Assembly (NCBI GenBank): GCA_026770705.1
Contig: JANJGN010000024.1
Coordinates: 30,876,001-30,940,000 of the forward strand
Source: Isurus oxyrinchus
Taxonomy: Eukaryota
Reading direction: 5' to 3'
DNA length: 64,000 bases
Shown here piece after piece: positions 52,127-64,000 of this stretch. The notes under the pieces are model-generated. The model made no database searches. It was given only the letters and a program-made list of their open reading frames with translations, and was not told the origin of the DNA. Numbering within the stretch: position 1 is the first letter of the stretch; every line of letters begins with the position of its first letter. Both the position numbers and the translations under genes were made by a program.

Positions 52127-52753
52127 GGGCAGAATCTTCTGGCTGGCGTGCGGGTGGCAGAGTCCGCACACCAGCGCTTAAAATGTCACGCGCTGACATC
52201 ACACAAGCGTCCCGGCAACGTTTCGGTCGGCAGGCGCGCTATGCAGCGGGACACGCGCCCGCCATTAATTAAAGGCCTCATTAAGGCCCTTAACTTGCCA
52301 ATCCTGGACAATTTTGAGGGGCCCGTGCGAACTTTGGCTCGTTGCACGGGCCCAATGGGCAGGTGGGTAGGTGATCTTTTTACAAACCTCATCCAGTGGC
52401 GGGATAACGTTTGATAGTGGTTTTAAAAGCGTTTAATGAAGTTTTTGTTTATTTCATTAACATGTCCCATCTCGTGTGACATTTTCACATGAGGGGGATA
52501 TGCTAATGAATTTTTAATTGTTCTATTTTTTATATTTGCCAGCCTTTCAGCGATCTCCCTGAGGCAGCACTTAGTCTCAGGGAGATGTGCGCTCTTTCGT
52601 TGGGGAATCTCCCCCGCATAGCGCTTCTCGTCAGCCTTAATTGGCCCGTCCACTTAAAATGATGGCAGGGCCTGTTTCGGCGGCAGCGATCAGCTACCTG
52701 CCTACCGCAGAGCCAGTGGGGCCCACCCGCCCAGCAAGGGCAAAATTCTGCCC
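52127..52753. mobile_element. MITE family A copy, perfect 3-bp TSD
   Basis: TAG-GGGCAGAATCTT ... AAAATTCTGCCC-TAG. Confidence 0.92.
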
Positions 52754-53449
52754 TAGGAATCTTAGAAACAGGACATACATTCTGACTTGGACACTCCTTC
52801 TGACAGGTCTTCCCCCACTTCCCTGACTTCTCCACCCCATTCACTTGACTGTCTCCTCCATCGTTAATTTCTTCTCCACCCTATTCCTTCCCCCTATCGC
52901 TCATCTTTCTTCTTTGCTTCTCTTCCTCCTCTTCTCCTGCCCCTCTACCTGAGAATGAGCACAGCAACAATTTTCATTAGGACCTCTTGACATTATAAGA
53001 AATATCTTCCTGTATGTTTGAAAAAACTTGTTTGTCCATTTATCTTGATTTTGATTCATCATTCGAGGTATTTCATTGCTACTAATGTGATAAGCGGTCT
53101 CCTGTCTTTTGAATTGAAGCTTGCCTTTCCTTCACTTAGTTCTTCAGACCATAAATTTCAATATTCTTCAATTATTGGAATCAGTGAGGTGAATGCTGTG
53201 CTTTTTCTATTCATTTAGCTGAAATCAATATACAGTCTTAAATTCCCATTCCTCTTTCTTTAATGATGGTTATGAGCAGGTAGATTTCGATTTTGTTATT
53301 CCAACCACAGTAATTAAGATTTTGGGGATATTATTTCACTTTGTGATACAGAGGAATTCAATGCCGAAATGTGTGTTTACTGAGTCAGCTCATCCTCTCA
53401 AAAAAATCAGTTTTGGTTTGTCAATACATGACTTACTGCATTCATTTCC

Positions 53450-55090
53450 GCACACTAGACTTAAATTAATTGGAGAGATTGCAGGAACAGGGGTTGTTCT
53501 CTTTAGTGTAGATGAAGTTAAGAGGAGCTTGGTAGGGGTCTTCAAAATCATGAGCAATTTTGGTAGAGTAAATAAGGAGAAAGTTTCCTGTAACGGAAAG
53601 ATCAGTAACTAGCGGACACAGATTTAAGATGATTGGCAAAAGAACTAGAGTCGACATCAGAAAACAATATTTTATACAAAGTGACTTGTTGTGACATGCA
53701 ATGGATTGCCTGAAAGGATGGTGGAAGCAGATTCAGTCATAACTTCTTATATTGTTGACCATTTTGTTACCAATCTTTGTTTCCTTGTGGCAAACTTGGC
53801 TATATGGACCTCTATTGTGTATCTAAGTAATTAATAAATATAGTGAATAGTTCAGAATCTTGTTACTTGTGGAACTCCACCAGTTACTTTCTTCCAATTC
53901 AAGTTTATATCCATTATCCCTATCCTTTGTCTTCGACCATTTAACTAATCTCTTAACAAGATCAATAATTTGCCTTCAATTTCATGAACATTAATTTTAG
54001 CTAATAGACTCTTGTCTGGAAGCTTATCAATTGCCTCCTGGTGGTCCATAATAATTACATCCAGGACCAGTCCCTTCTCTATGACTTTAGTTGCTGCCTC
54101 AAAAAAATAGTTTAGTTAGACATGACCTACCCTTTACAAATCCGGTTGGTTCTCTCTAATCAGTTTAGATTTCTCTAAGTGTTCAGGTGCTTCATTCTTA
54201 ATTATAGATTCCATAACTTCCCACAACAGATGTTATACTAACAAGTCTCCAATTTCCTGATTTCTCTCTCACATCTTCCTTAAATAATGGAGATACATTT
54301 GCAATGTTTCAATCTCAAGGGACAGTTCTTGAATTGAGAGACATTTGGAAAAAGCATCTGCAATTTCCTTATCTAGTACCTTTAAAACAGTGAGGTACAA
54401 ACCATCATGTTTTGGAGATTTCCTGGTCTTCAATCCCATTATTTATTTCAAATCCTATTTCCTTGCTTACATTAACCTTAGCGCATTACAGACTTTGATT
54501 TGTTATTAATTTCTCAGAAGTGTCAGATATTATCTTCTTCTACTGTGAAGCTTCATCTGCCATTTCCTTATTTTCATTTGCAATATTACCCAGATCTTTA
54601 ATTAAAGGGCAACCATTACCCTTGGCTATCCTTTCTCTTCTAATATAATTGAAAAAGCATTTTGCATTAATCTTGATAGCCCTTGCAAGTTTTTTTTGTA
54701 TTCCTTTTTAGAACTTTGATTATCTTTCTTATCTTATTTGCTGTCTTTAACCTCTCCCAGCTTTTAAACAATTATGTGCACTTTTGTATGCCCTTTCCTT
54801 TAGTTTACACTATCTCTTACCTTTTGTCAATCATGACTTTTTTTATTTGGTAAATAGAGTTCTTTCCCCTTAGAGGTATGACTTGATCCTGTATTACGTT
54901 AACTTCATTCTTGAACACTGTTCATCCGTAGTTTTACCTGATGACAGTTTTGACCAGCTTGCTTATCTCATCCCATTAAAATTTCTCCTTTTTAAACATA
55001 ACATCAAATTCAATATAATGATGATCCATGTTAGATAAGGGTTCTCTTATTGTTAGGCTATTCACTAATTTTGGCTCATTGCACATTACT
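53450..55090. mobile_element. Old CR1 fragments (plus ~53450-53750, minus ~53790-55090)
   Basis: Plus: LVGVFKIM..FGRV and GHRFKMIGKR. Minus: GFVKGRSCLT-like and other decayed ORF2 motifs. Confidence 0.7.
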
Positions 55091-55230
55091 ATACCTGGAA
55101 TCAGGTATGAATGGTGTGCTTTCTCAGTAGGGCTAAGAATAAGAAGCGGAGTCTGCTATTCTGTTCTGTGGTTTAAATTATAAGTTGCCCAGCAATTGTT
55201 TTTAGCCATTTGTTACAGTCTTAAAACTTG

Positions 55231-55560
55231 GGGGAGAATTTTCTCGCTGTCAGGTGGGCAGGCGGGCCTGTTGGGGGCGTGCCGGCACAGAGCTGATCGC
55301 TGCTCACCATCGGCTCCGCTCCACCATTTTACATGTGACGCAAAAACTGGTAGCGCTCAGCGTTACCGGTATGGGGGGGGAGGAGGGAGAGTCGGGGCCT
55401 GCGCCCTTTCATGAGATGTGACAGTGTCACATGAGCTGGGACATGTTTACGAAATGTGTAAAAGATATATTTAATCAGGGAACCTCATCCGGCCCGTGGG
55501 GAAGGGTTCCTGAAAAACGCTTGGGGCCTGCCCCTGTCTGCCCACATGAAAACTCTGGCC
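55231..55560. mobile_element. Internally deleted 330-bp MITE family A derivative
   Basis: GGGGAGAATTTTC ... GAAAACTCTGGCC; flanks TTG/ATG. Retains parts of two hairpins. Confidence 0.85.
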
Positions 55561-56339
55561 ATGAAATCTTGATATGTTATTCTTTCCACTATTAAGGGAA
55601 GATCAAATTTCTTTTTAAACGTCATTGGCCTCTACTGGCTCATAACACCATAACTGCACTTCCCTCTGAGTTATTGCTGTATCCTGGAGAAAGTTATCTC
55701 GAAGTATTTCATCCTCCCTTGTGTGTTGGAAAATTACTAACTTGCACCCAACCCAAAGACACCGGCTTGGAGTGTCTCATGCCAAAAAACATTTGCTGCA
55801 GATGTGGTAATCCAAGCTATCTCAATATCAAGAATCTCCCACATATTACAGTCTCAACACATATCCTGTGCTGACTTTTCCAGTTTTTATTTATTTATAG
55901 GTTAGTTGTAATTTCATTCTAGATGTAATAGAATTATTTGGGGCCTAGAATATGTTTGATAGCTGATCTCAGTTTCATTTCAGCTTCATTTGTAACTGAT
56001 TAAATTTGTTTTTTGCTTTTTGTAAATTTTAGTCTCTTCTTACCTCTTACTTACTATTTCTTTCCAGACTTTTTATCTAATGCAATTTGAATCTCTTTAA
56101 TGTTGGCATCCTCTATTGTGTTGATATTGATTCTATTCCCTGAGATCTAATGAATCACTCAGATTCTTTATTTATATATTTCTATACATAGTTCTATATT
56201 TCCTCCTTTATTATTGCCCCTTGGTTTAAATTACTAAGCACTGCCTTCTTCCTTTACACTGAATACCCTGTCTTACCAAATTCCCATCGACACTCCATTT
56301 AACAGAATCTGCCAGCTCTGTGTGCAGCCCAGGGAGGTT

Positions 56340-56910
56340 TAGAAGATGTGGATGACTATTTTGAAGTCTTGCAAAAATCCAGCATCTTCACTGAAGCCAA
56401 TTCCTCCAGCGATGTAGCCATGATCATGCAAAATCAGCTCTGCTGGCCTGGGTGCTGAATCAGCATGTCAAATAATCAGCTTTCAAACCAATCCTCTTTT
56501 CATAGCTTAACGACCCGACCTCAAGGGGGTCATTTTAAGGACACACCAAAGGCTTCATTAGAAAGGGGGAAAACTGACATCAATGTGTGGGAAGAACTGG
56601 CCCACAAATTGTGGCAGAGTCTCATCCAACAAACGGCAACACAGTCAGAAACTGACTGCATAAGCTCCTCTGTGGAGAAGTGACAAAAGTGGAAGGGGAG
56701 AGGGCAGAACATTGGCTTGAGAACCCCAGCAAACCATCCCCCACCCTACGGCCCCCACAATCCACCATCCCCCCAAATCCGCTTCCTCAGGGCAAGTCTT
56801 GTCCTCTCTGCTCAAAGAATGGTGGCTCCAGAATTGGTCTGCTGAGTTACCTAAGGACACATACATCATGGGACCAGGCAAACATCATCCTTTTTTCAAG
56901 GCACTGACAA
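56340..56910 (+). mobile_element. RTE-clade LINE 3' fragment
   Basis: QNQLCW.G..MSNNQL..RPQGG.FKDT.KASL....DINVWEELA, then a C-terminal CPLC..SRIGLLS.LRTH zinc-finger-like motif. Confidence 0.75.
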
Positions 56911-57664
56911 ATATGAAGGTGCGGGGGTCCATTGGAGGTCGCTCAGATGGAGGAATAGTTGACTGGGTTTTTTTTCAAAATAGAATATGGATAGCAAAGT
57001 GTTGGTTAAGTTGGAGTTTGTGTATGCTGGAAATCTGGACATTGGGAAGGACGATGCAAAGAAGGTTTTCAGGGAGTGACAAAGACAAAGATGTGGATGC
57101 CAAGTGTGAGATTCAGCCAGAGGAATCCTAGAACTTAAAGATGGAAGTAAGGAACCTGAGTGACCTACTGGATGGCCACATATCAGAGCTGTTACAATTA
57201 CTAAGCTCAGGTTTTATCCTATACATTAGGCTAGTTTTCCCTGTTGATGTATTCACCATCTCTTTTCCTGTTCCTACTGCACCTGTCATAAAAATTGGCT
57301 TCTGATAAGGTTGATAAGAACTTCATGTTGCTTCACAGCAGTTTAGCAGAGATTGGACTTCATGTTTCAGATAATAATCAGGAAGATCACTAAGGTGAAC
57401 ATGAACTGAGGACTGCAAACCCTCCTCAATTAGATTGAATCCACTTAGTCACTGTTCCCTGGGATTTCCAAAGACCGGTACAATTGCCTCATTTTAGGCT
57501 GAATCTTCAATAACAAGTTAAGCATAATTTGAAGCAATTATTTATACCGGAGCAATTAATGGTGCTGTGATTCTGTGAACTGAGTATTTCCCCAGTCTAT
57601 CTCAGTTTCACAGTTGCTCTGTTTTCTATCTTTAATCTCTTGTCAATAATGGTTACTTGCTCAC

Positions 57665-57934
57665 CAGAGCACCAGATGATCTACACTTCCAATGTATTTA
57701 TAATATCGTAAGGTAACTATTCTTGCAATTTCAGCTGTTATGGAAATACCAGGCATAGGGAATTGTGGCTGCAGTTCTCCCCGTGTAATATTGCAATCTT
57801 TTTGCTTTGTAAGATTAATGCAGCCCACAAAGGTCCAATTTAGGGTTCGCTTTATGCCATCATCAGCAATAAACTGGTGGTAGGAACCACAAGATTCACC
57901 TGAAATCACTTCAGTCACACTTCAGACTATATTC
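57665..57934 (-). CDS. Candidate first coding exon of an unidentified host gene (5' UTR plus ATG at 57756; ends phase 2)
   Basis: Acceptor TTCTATGCTTCCATCTTTCAG|G and donor CTG|GTGAGC. Encodes MPGISITAEIARIVTLRYYKYIGSVDHLVL plus TG. The phase fits 47618-47726. Confidence 0.35.
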
Positions 57935-58111
57935 CTGAAAGATGGAAGCATAGAATTAAATATTTTTGTAAGCATTAGGTCCAGTGTAAAAGTTGGAACT
58001 GACACAGTGTGAATGAACTCAGCTCAGTCCATTCACAGCAGTGAGTTGACTCTACCAGCCCATAGGTTTTAGATGTGGATGAAGTTGGATGAAACAGATT
58101 GTACACACACT

Positions 58112-58832
58112 GGGCAGAATTTTGCCGTTGGCGAGCAGGGAGCGGGGCCCACTTGCCGACGTGTAAAATGACGCGGGATGACGTGGGCGGAACCCCCGAC
58201 GCCATCCCGCCCCATTTAAATTTTCAGGAAGGCGGGGGCACAGCAAAATCAGCGGCGGGCCCGCCAACCTGTCAATGACCAATTGAGGCCATTGACAGGA
58301 TTAATTACACAATTAAAGGACCTGCCAGTCCAACCTTAAGTTGGCGACAGGCTAGGAGCCCCGGCAGGAACTAGAAAAAACATGAAACCTCATCCATAGG
58401 CAGGATAAGGGTCATGTAGGGTTTTAAAAAGTTTAATAAAGTTATTATGTAAATTATGAACATGTCCCATCTCATTGTCACATGAGGGGGGCATGTTAGG
58501 GATTGTTTTTCCTATTTTTAATATTTTTCAAAGTGTTAGCAATCTCCCTGAGGCAGCACTTAGCCTCAGGGAGATGTACGCTCTTTCATGTGCATGCATG
58601 AAAGAGCGCACTCTCGCTTTTGGGGAATCCCCCCCCCCCCCACACCCCCCACACCCTCCACCCCCCCCCACCCGCACAGGGAGCGCTTCCCGCTGGATGT
58701 CATGCTGGGCGGGCCTTAATTGGCCCGCCCACGTAAAATGGCGGCAGGGCCCACTTCTCTGGCGGGGATTGGTTCCCCACCCGGCGGAGATTGGGTCAGG
58801 CCCGTCTGCCCGACAGGCAGAAAACTCTGCCC
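58112..58832. mobile_element. MITE family A copy (young, CpG-rich)
   Basis: GGGCAGAATTTTGCC ... AAAACTCTGCCC; flanks ACT/ATT. Confidence 0.92.
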
Positions 58833-59014
58833 ATTGGGTATGCCAGTTACCCACCAAAGTTTCACTCTATCTGCTAGGATGTGCATAATGATACGGCTAG
58901 GTTATTAGAAGTCTGAGTTGAGCTAGGACAACCCAGTGAATGTAAGGGGAAAGGCTGCCATGTAGGTGAGGTTATGTTGCCCATTTGGCAATTGGGTCAA
59001 ATTTGCTGCTTTTT

Positions 59015-59645
59015 GGAATTGAATACAAAAGTAGAGAGGTTATGCTTCAGTTATACAGAGCATTGGTGAGACCACATCTGGAGTAATGTGTACCTAGTAT
59101 TGGTCACCTTATTTAAGGAAGGACATAAATGCATTGGAAGCAGTTCAGAGCAGAGTGACACTTCTAATAACTGGGATGAGAGGCATGTCTTCTGAGGAAA
59201 GGTTGGACAAGCTAGGCCTCTATCCGCTGGAATTTAGAAGAGTAAGACGTGACTTGATTGAAACATATAAGATCCTCAGGGGTCTTGGCAGGGCAGATGT
59301 GGAAAGGATGTTTCCTCTTGTGGGAGAACCTAGAACTAGGGGTCATTTTTAAAAATAAGGGGTGGCCTACTTAAGACAGAGTTGAGGAGAAATTTTTTCT
59401 CTCACAGGGCTGTGAGTCTTTGAAACTCTCTTCCTTAAAAGGCAGTGGAAGCATAGCCTTTGAATATTTTTAGGGCAGAGGTGGATAGATTCTTGATAAG
59501 CAAGGGGGTGAAAGGTTATCGGGGGTAGGTGGGAATGTGGAGTTGAGGTTACAATCAGATCAGCCATGATCTTATTGAATGGTGGAGCAGGCTCGAGGGG
59601 CCGAGTGACCTACTCCTGATCCTAATTTGTATCTTTGTATGTTTG
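59015..59645 (+). mobile_element. CR1 3' fragment
   Basis: ORF 59134-59352 (EERLDKLGLYPLEFRRVR.DLIETYKIL), with a 3' UTR similar to 17100-17410. Confidence 0.92.
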
Positions 59646-60581
59646 TTCATTTGCACGTGATAGTATAGGGTTAGGAAGAAAGTTCTTCCCTTCTCTATAG
59701 GATAAAAAGCAACACAGTTCCTATCTGTCCTTAATGATAAGAGAGCTCATTTTAATGCTTCTGCTCAAACTAAAATGTTGGGTTTGCAGTACAGACTTTG
59801 AAGTGAGATTGCCTCTCATTTTTAAGATATTTGTCAAAAAAACAAAATGATGCATAAGAAATAGAGAAAAATAAAAATAAATATTTGAAAAAATATAATA
59901 ACGATAATACTTCATAGCTGTTTGCTTATTAATGAACATAGTAATGGGTGAAACTCTCTCATTTAGTGCATGAACCAAGCTGCTGAAGCTTTATATATTT
60001 TTACCTTATTGCGGGATTGTTTGTGCTTTGTTCAAATATTTATTTTAATTATTTTCCAATCATACAGTCAGGGGTAATTTTTAATGAGCAGCTGCAATCC
60101 CATTTCGGAAAATTTCTGTTGACCTTCTTTCACCAGAACACCACTGGAAATCAGTGTCCTTGCTCCTTTTTTAAACACCTACAGTAACAGCTGTAAGACA
60201 CTTTGCAGCTTCTGCCTTTGTTCTTGTGAATCTCTCTGTTCCTCGCCACCCTCCGAGTTACTGTCCACCTGTATAAAAGTTTGAAATGGGTGCATTTTGT
60301 TCGCCACTGCTTCTGATTCTCAATCTTTCCTACTTCATCAAAGTCCAAATGTTGGCTATATATTTTAGAAGTGTTAAATAGAATGTTCCAACAACACACA
60401 TTTCACCAATGCCTGAAATCTTGACATAATCACGAACTGTAAGAGCTTCCTCAGACATCTGATGCTATAGTCTTCTGATTGAAAGTTGGCAGCTTCCACT
60501 CTTATCCCTAATTACCTCCACTGATGACTAGAATAGCTAATGGACCTTGCCTGAGCCTTCAGCCACATTTAAACACCAAGA

Positions 60582-61325
60582 GGGGTGGGGTTTTTATGGA
60601 GGAAACAGGGGTCTCAGCTGCTGGCTGGAAAGCCGGTGAGAAACCCATATTGCTTTCTATGGGGGGAGGCCCGCCGAATTACAGGCCAATCAACCAATTA
60701 ACAGGCTATTCGTGGGCTGTCCACTGGTTTAGGACCCTGGGGATGGGTCCTCCGACCAAGAGCTGCCAACTTATCAGAGGCTGGCAGCTCTATTGCTCAG
60801 CACCGCCACCAGGGATGGGGTGGCCACTACAAGGAATAGACCCGCGGGGACCAAGGATCATAGAGCAACCCAGGCCAGAGGCAAGTGATGGCCTGAGGGG
60901 TTTTGTGTGGTGGAAATCATGGAGGAATGTGGTGAGGTTGGTCAGCAGCAAGGACAGGAGGGGTGGCTCTCCTTAGGCCCCCACCTTCCTGATGCTGGGT
61001 CCCTCCACTGAGTGGCTTTGAATGAGGGACCTCCGTGCACCTCTCTCCACCCCACCACCAACCCCGGAGACAACAAGCAACTCGCACATGTTTGCTTGTT
61101 GTGCTCCCTACGTGGCGACAGGTCTTCCTGCTGCTGGTTTAATTCCAGCAGTGGCAGGGTGAGGCCCTTAAATGTGCATTAAATTGGCCTCAATTGGCAG
61201 TGCCCTGGACTTAATCTGGATGAAGGCAGGAAAGTGACTGGGACCCCACCCGCCACCATCCCACCAGATTAAATGCTCTCCCTGCCTCCAAACCCAGCTC
61301 AAGGTAGGGCATAAAATATTGCCCC
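60582..61325. mobile_element. Harbinger-type MITE family B copy
   Basis: GGGGTGGGGTTTTTATG ... CATAAAATATTGCCCC; related in reverse to 18658-19685. Confidence 0.55.
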
Positions 61326-61489
61326 AATTGTGTATGTAGAACATAAACACAGCATTCCATAGAATGTAGAGTACAATGACAGGCCATTTGGCCAAAATGG
61401 TCCATACCAGTGTTTAAGCTTGACACGAGCTTCCTTCCGCCCTTCTTCATCTGACCCTATAAACATACCCTTTTATCTTTCTCCTTCGT

Positions 61490-61900
61490 GGCCGGGGTTT
61501 TCCCTTCATCAGACGGGCACAACGGGCAGCCCGGAAGTGGCCAGGTAAAGCTCCGCCGCCCGCGATTGGCCCCCAACTGCGAACTCACGCTGGCCGGCCG
61601 ATTAATGGCCAGCCAACGTGAAGCGTGAGCTGCAACACTCAGCACTGCCGGGGTGGGAGCGGGAAGAGGGCGAACGCGGAAACCTGTGCCTGTGCGTGGG
61701 GGAGCGCACGCTGAAATGTCCCTGAGGACACAGAGCCTGCCTCAGGGAGCTGAAGAATTGGAGAAACAAAAATAAAGATTTGAAAGATGATATGCACGTG
61801 TCCCAAGATGTGACTCAGTCACATGAAGAGGGGCATGTTTGAAATGAAGTTGACATTTCTTTTCCCGCTTTTTTATTTGCCATTGGAAACCTCATCCCAC
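61490..61900. mobile_element. Truncated MITE family A copy
   Basis: Left TIR-like GGCCGGGGTTTTCCC. Breaks off in the GAAACCTCATCC hairpin. Confidence 0.8.
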
Positions 61901-63984
61901 CGTTCCTTGAGCCTCCACCATTCCATAAGACCAAGGCTGATATGATTGTGGCCTAAACTCTAGCCCCTACCCCCTTTGACTCACTTGCCTATCAAGCATC
62001 CAACTTGTCGAGTCCCTTCAGGATCTTTTATGTTTCAATAAGAACACTACTCGTTCTTCTAAACTCCAGCGGATACAGGTCCAACCTGTCCAACATTTCC
62101 TCATAAGATAATCCCTTTATCTCAGGAACCAGTCAAGAGAACCTTCTCTAAACTGCTTCTAATGCATTTATATCCATTCTTAAGTAAGGAGACTATAACT
62201 GTACAGAGTACTTAGATGTGGTCTCACCAGATCCCTGTGCAACTTTAGCAAAATTTCCTTACTTTCGTACTTAATTTCACTTGAAATAAATACTAACATT
62301 CCATTTGCCTTCCTCATGTTGACTCTGCTTGATTGCATTAAGATTTTCCAAGTGTCCTGCTATAATCGCCTTAATAATAGATTCTAGCATTTCCCCTAAT
62401 TCAAATGTTAGGCTAACTGGCATGTAGTTTCTTGCTTTCTGTCTCCCTCCTTTGTGGAATAGAGGAGCTACATTCATTATTTTTCAGTCTGATGGGACCT
62501 TTCCAAAATCTAGGGAATTTTAGAAAATTGCAACCAATGCATCTACTATCTCAGGAGCCATTTATTTTAAGACCATAGGATGAAGTCTATCAGCCCTGGA
62601 GACTTGTCAGCCTTTAGTTCTGATAGTTTTCTCAGGACCCTTTGCCTGCTGATTGTAATTGTTTTAAATTCTTCCCTCCATTTCACCTCTAGATTTACAA
62701 ATATTTCTGGAATGTCATTTGCGTCTTCTACAGGGAAGACGGGCACAAAATATCTGTTCACTGCATCCACTATTTCTTATTTCCCATATTAATTCCCCAG
62801 ACTCACTCCCTAGAGGACCGACACTCACTTTAGTTACTCTTTTCTTCCTTTAAAAAGTCGTAGAAACTCTTACTATATGGCTCGGATTTTGCCCGTGTCG
62901 GGCAGGCTCAGCAAGGGCGAGCGAGCAGTCAGGAAGCTGCCCACGATCGGGCCATGACTCCGATTTCACGCTGGTGGGCCAATTAAGGCCCGCCCAGTGT
63001 GAAAGGTGCACTGCGGTGCTCAGTGCTCCCTGTGTGGGGGGACGGGAGGAGGGCGAGTGCAGAAGTTTGTGCATGAGCACAGGTGCGTGCAGGAGAAAAC
63101 ACCCTGGCACACAGAGCTGCCTCAGGGAGATGAAGGTTTATGAAAATAAAAAGGAAAGAGTTTTAAAATGTTAAAAACATATCCCCCATGTGACTCTGTC
63201 ACGTGGGCAAGGATATGTTAGAAACTAGTTTGAAAATTTATTTTTTTTTTTAATGACGGATTGAAACCTCATCGTGCCCGTAGATGGAGCTTCACAAAAA
63301 ATCCAAAGGCCACTTGGCCTTTTTGCTTGCCCACCAACCGTAAGGTTGGATGGACAGAGAAATATTTAATTCAGTTTAGTCTTTAATGGCCTTAATAGGA
63401 CTGTTAATTGTTGGCGGGTGTATTGCCAACTCCCACGCACGGCCACCGGCCGAAATATTGCACGAGCGCACAATGACTTTGGGACGCTCGCCAGACGTCA
63501 TTGCACAACATTTTACACTCGTTCAGGTCGGGTGCGCACCTGCCCGACAAGTGCAATATTCTGGCCTATGTTTTTATATTTCTAACTAGCTTTTGCTCAT
63601 ACTCTAATTTCTACCTCTATTTTTTTTTTAATCATTCTTTGATGGTTTTTAAATTCTATCCAATATCCTGACCTACCACTAATTTTACAGCATTGTGCAT
63701 TTTTTCTTTCAATTTAACCTTTAACTTCCTCCGTTAGCCACAGATGATGCATCCTTCTAGAGTCTTTCTTTCTCACTGGAATGTATCTTTGCTGAGTGTT
63801 GTGAAATATCTCCTAAATGTCTGCCATTGCATCTCTACTCTCCTATACATTAACCTAATCTCCCAGTTCACTTCAGCCAGCTCTGTCTTCATACCCTTGT
63901 AATTCTCTCTATTTAATTTTAAAACACTAGTCTAAGAACCACACTTCTCACCCCTGTGTGAATGTGAAATTCAATCATGTTATG
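61900..63984 (-). mobile_element. CR1 ORF2 fragment with deletions, interrupted by a MITE (a separate CR1 tail lies at ~61355-61488)
   Basis: ORFs 62277-62477 (NVAPLFHKGGRQK..NY.PVSLT) and 62567-62770 (KADKSPG). Confidence 0.88.
62879..63566. mobile_element. MITE family A copy, perfect 3-bp TSD
   Basis: TAT-GGCTCGGATTTTGC ... GCAATATTCTGGCC-TAT. Confidence 0.9.
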
Positions 63985-64000
63985 GGGGAGAATTTTCTCT
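63985..64000. mobile_element. Start of another MITE at the window edge
   Basis: GGGGAGAATTTTCTC, identical to the left end at 55231. Confidence 0.6.

Noticed and set aside
57665-57756. Gene symbol for the candidate exons (a vague ADAMTSL/THSD4-like exon-phase pattern was considered)
   Set aside because: Similarity is too weak and no downstream domain exon is visible, so it is left unnamed.
60005-60268. Possible minus-strand exon (TTTTATACAG acceptor; VDSNSEGGEEQRDSQEQRQKLQSVLQLLL*)
   Set aside because: Short and unrecognised. It could be a UTR exon, but the sequence alone gives no independent support.
1-64000. Prokaryote-style system (operon, CRISPR array, retron, defence island)
   Set aside because: No intact long ORFs or repeat-spacer arrays. 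The RT, GIY-YIG and DDE domains all belong to decayed eukaryotic transposons.

Overview
This window is eukaryotic, repeat-dense vertebrate DNA. It is most likely shark (elasmobranch), an inference from the repeat repertoire. It has no operons, rRNA/tRNA genes or CRISPR arrays, and almost every ORF in the supplied track is a transposon fragment or an antisense shadow of one. Transposon content: many CR1-type LINEs (one near full length, with a zinc-finger/esterase ORF1), three Penelope-like (PLE) insertions with 12-15 bp target-site duplications (TSDs) and hammerhead-ribozyme-like motifs, one near-complete and one decayed PIF/Harbinger transposon (spliced Myb/SANT gene plus convergent DDE transposase), about 12 copies of a ~0.7 kb Harbinger-type MITE, two solo LTRs, tRNA-derived SINEs, and RTE, Tx1 and L2 scraps. 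Two minus-strand segments in unique sequence (57665-57934 and 47618-47726) look like phase-compatible exons of an unidentified host gene. The best leads are (i) a PLE hammerhead with a core variant (A6U) shared by two copies, (ii) three conserved hairpins inside the MITEs, one of them covarying, and (iii) four short local templated duplications or inversions. I found no evidence for a novel multi-gene system. All coordinates and mismatch counts were read by eye, and the edges of old fragments are approximate.
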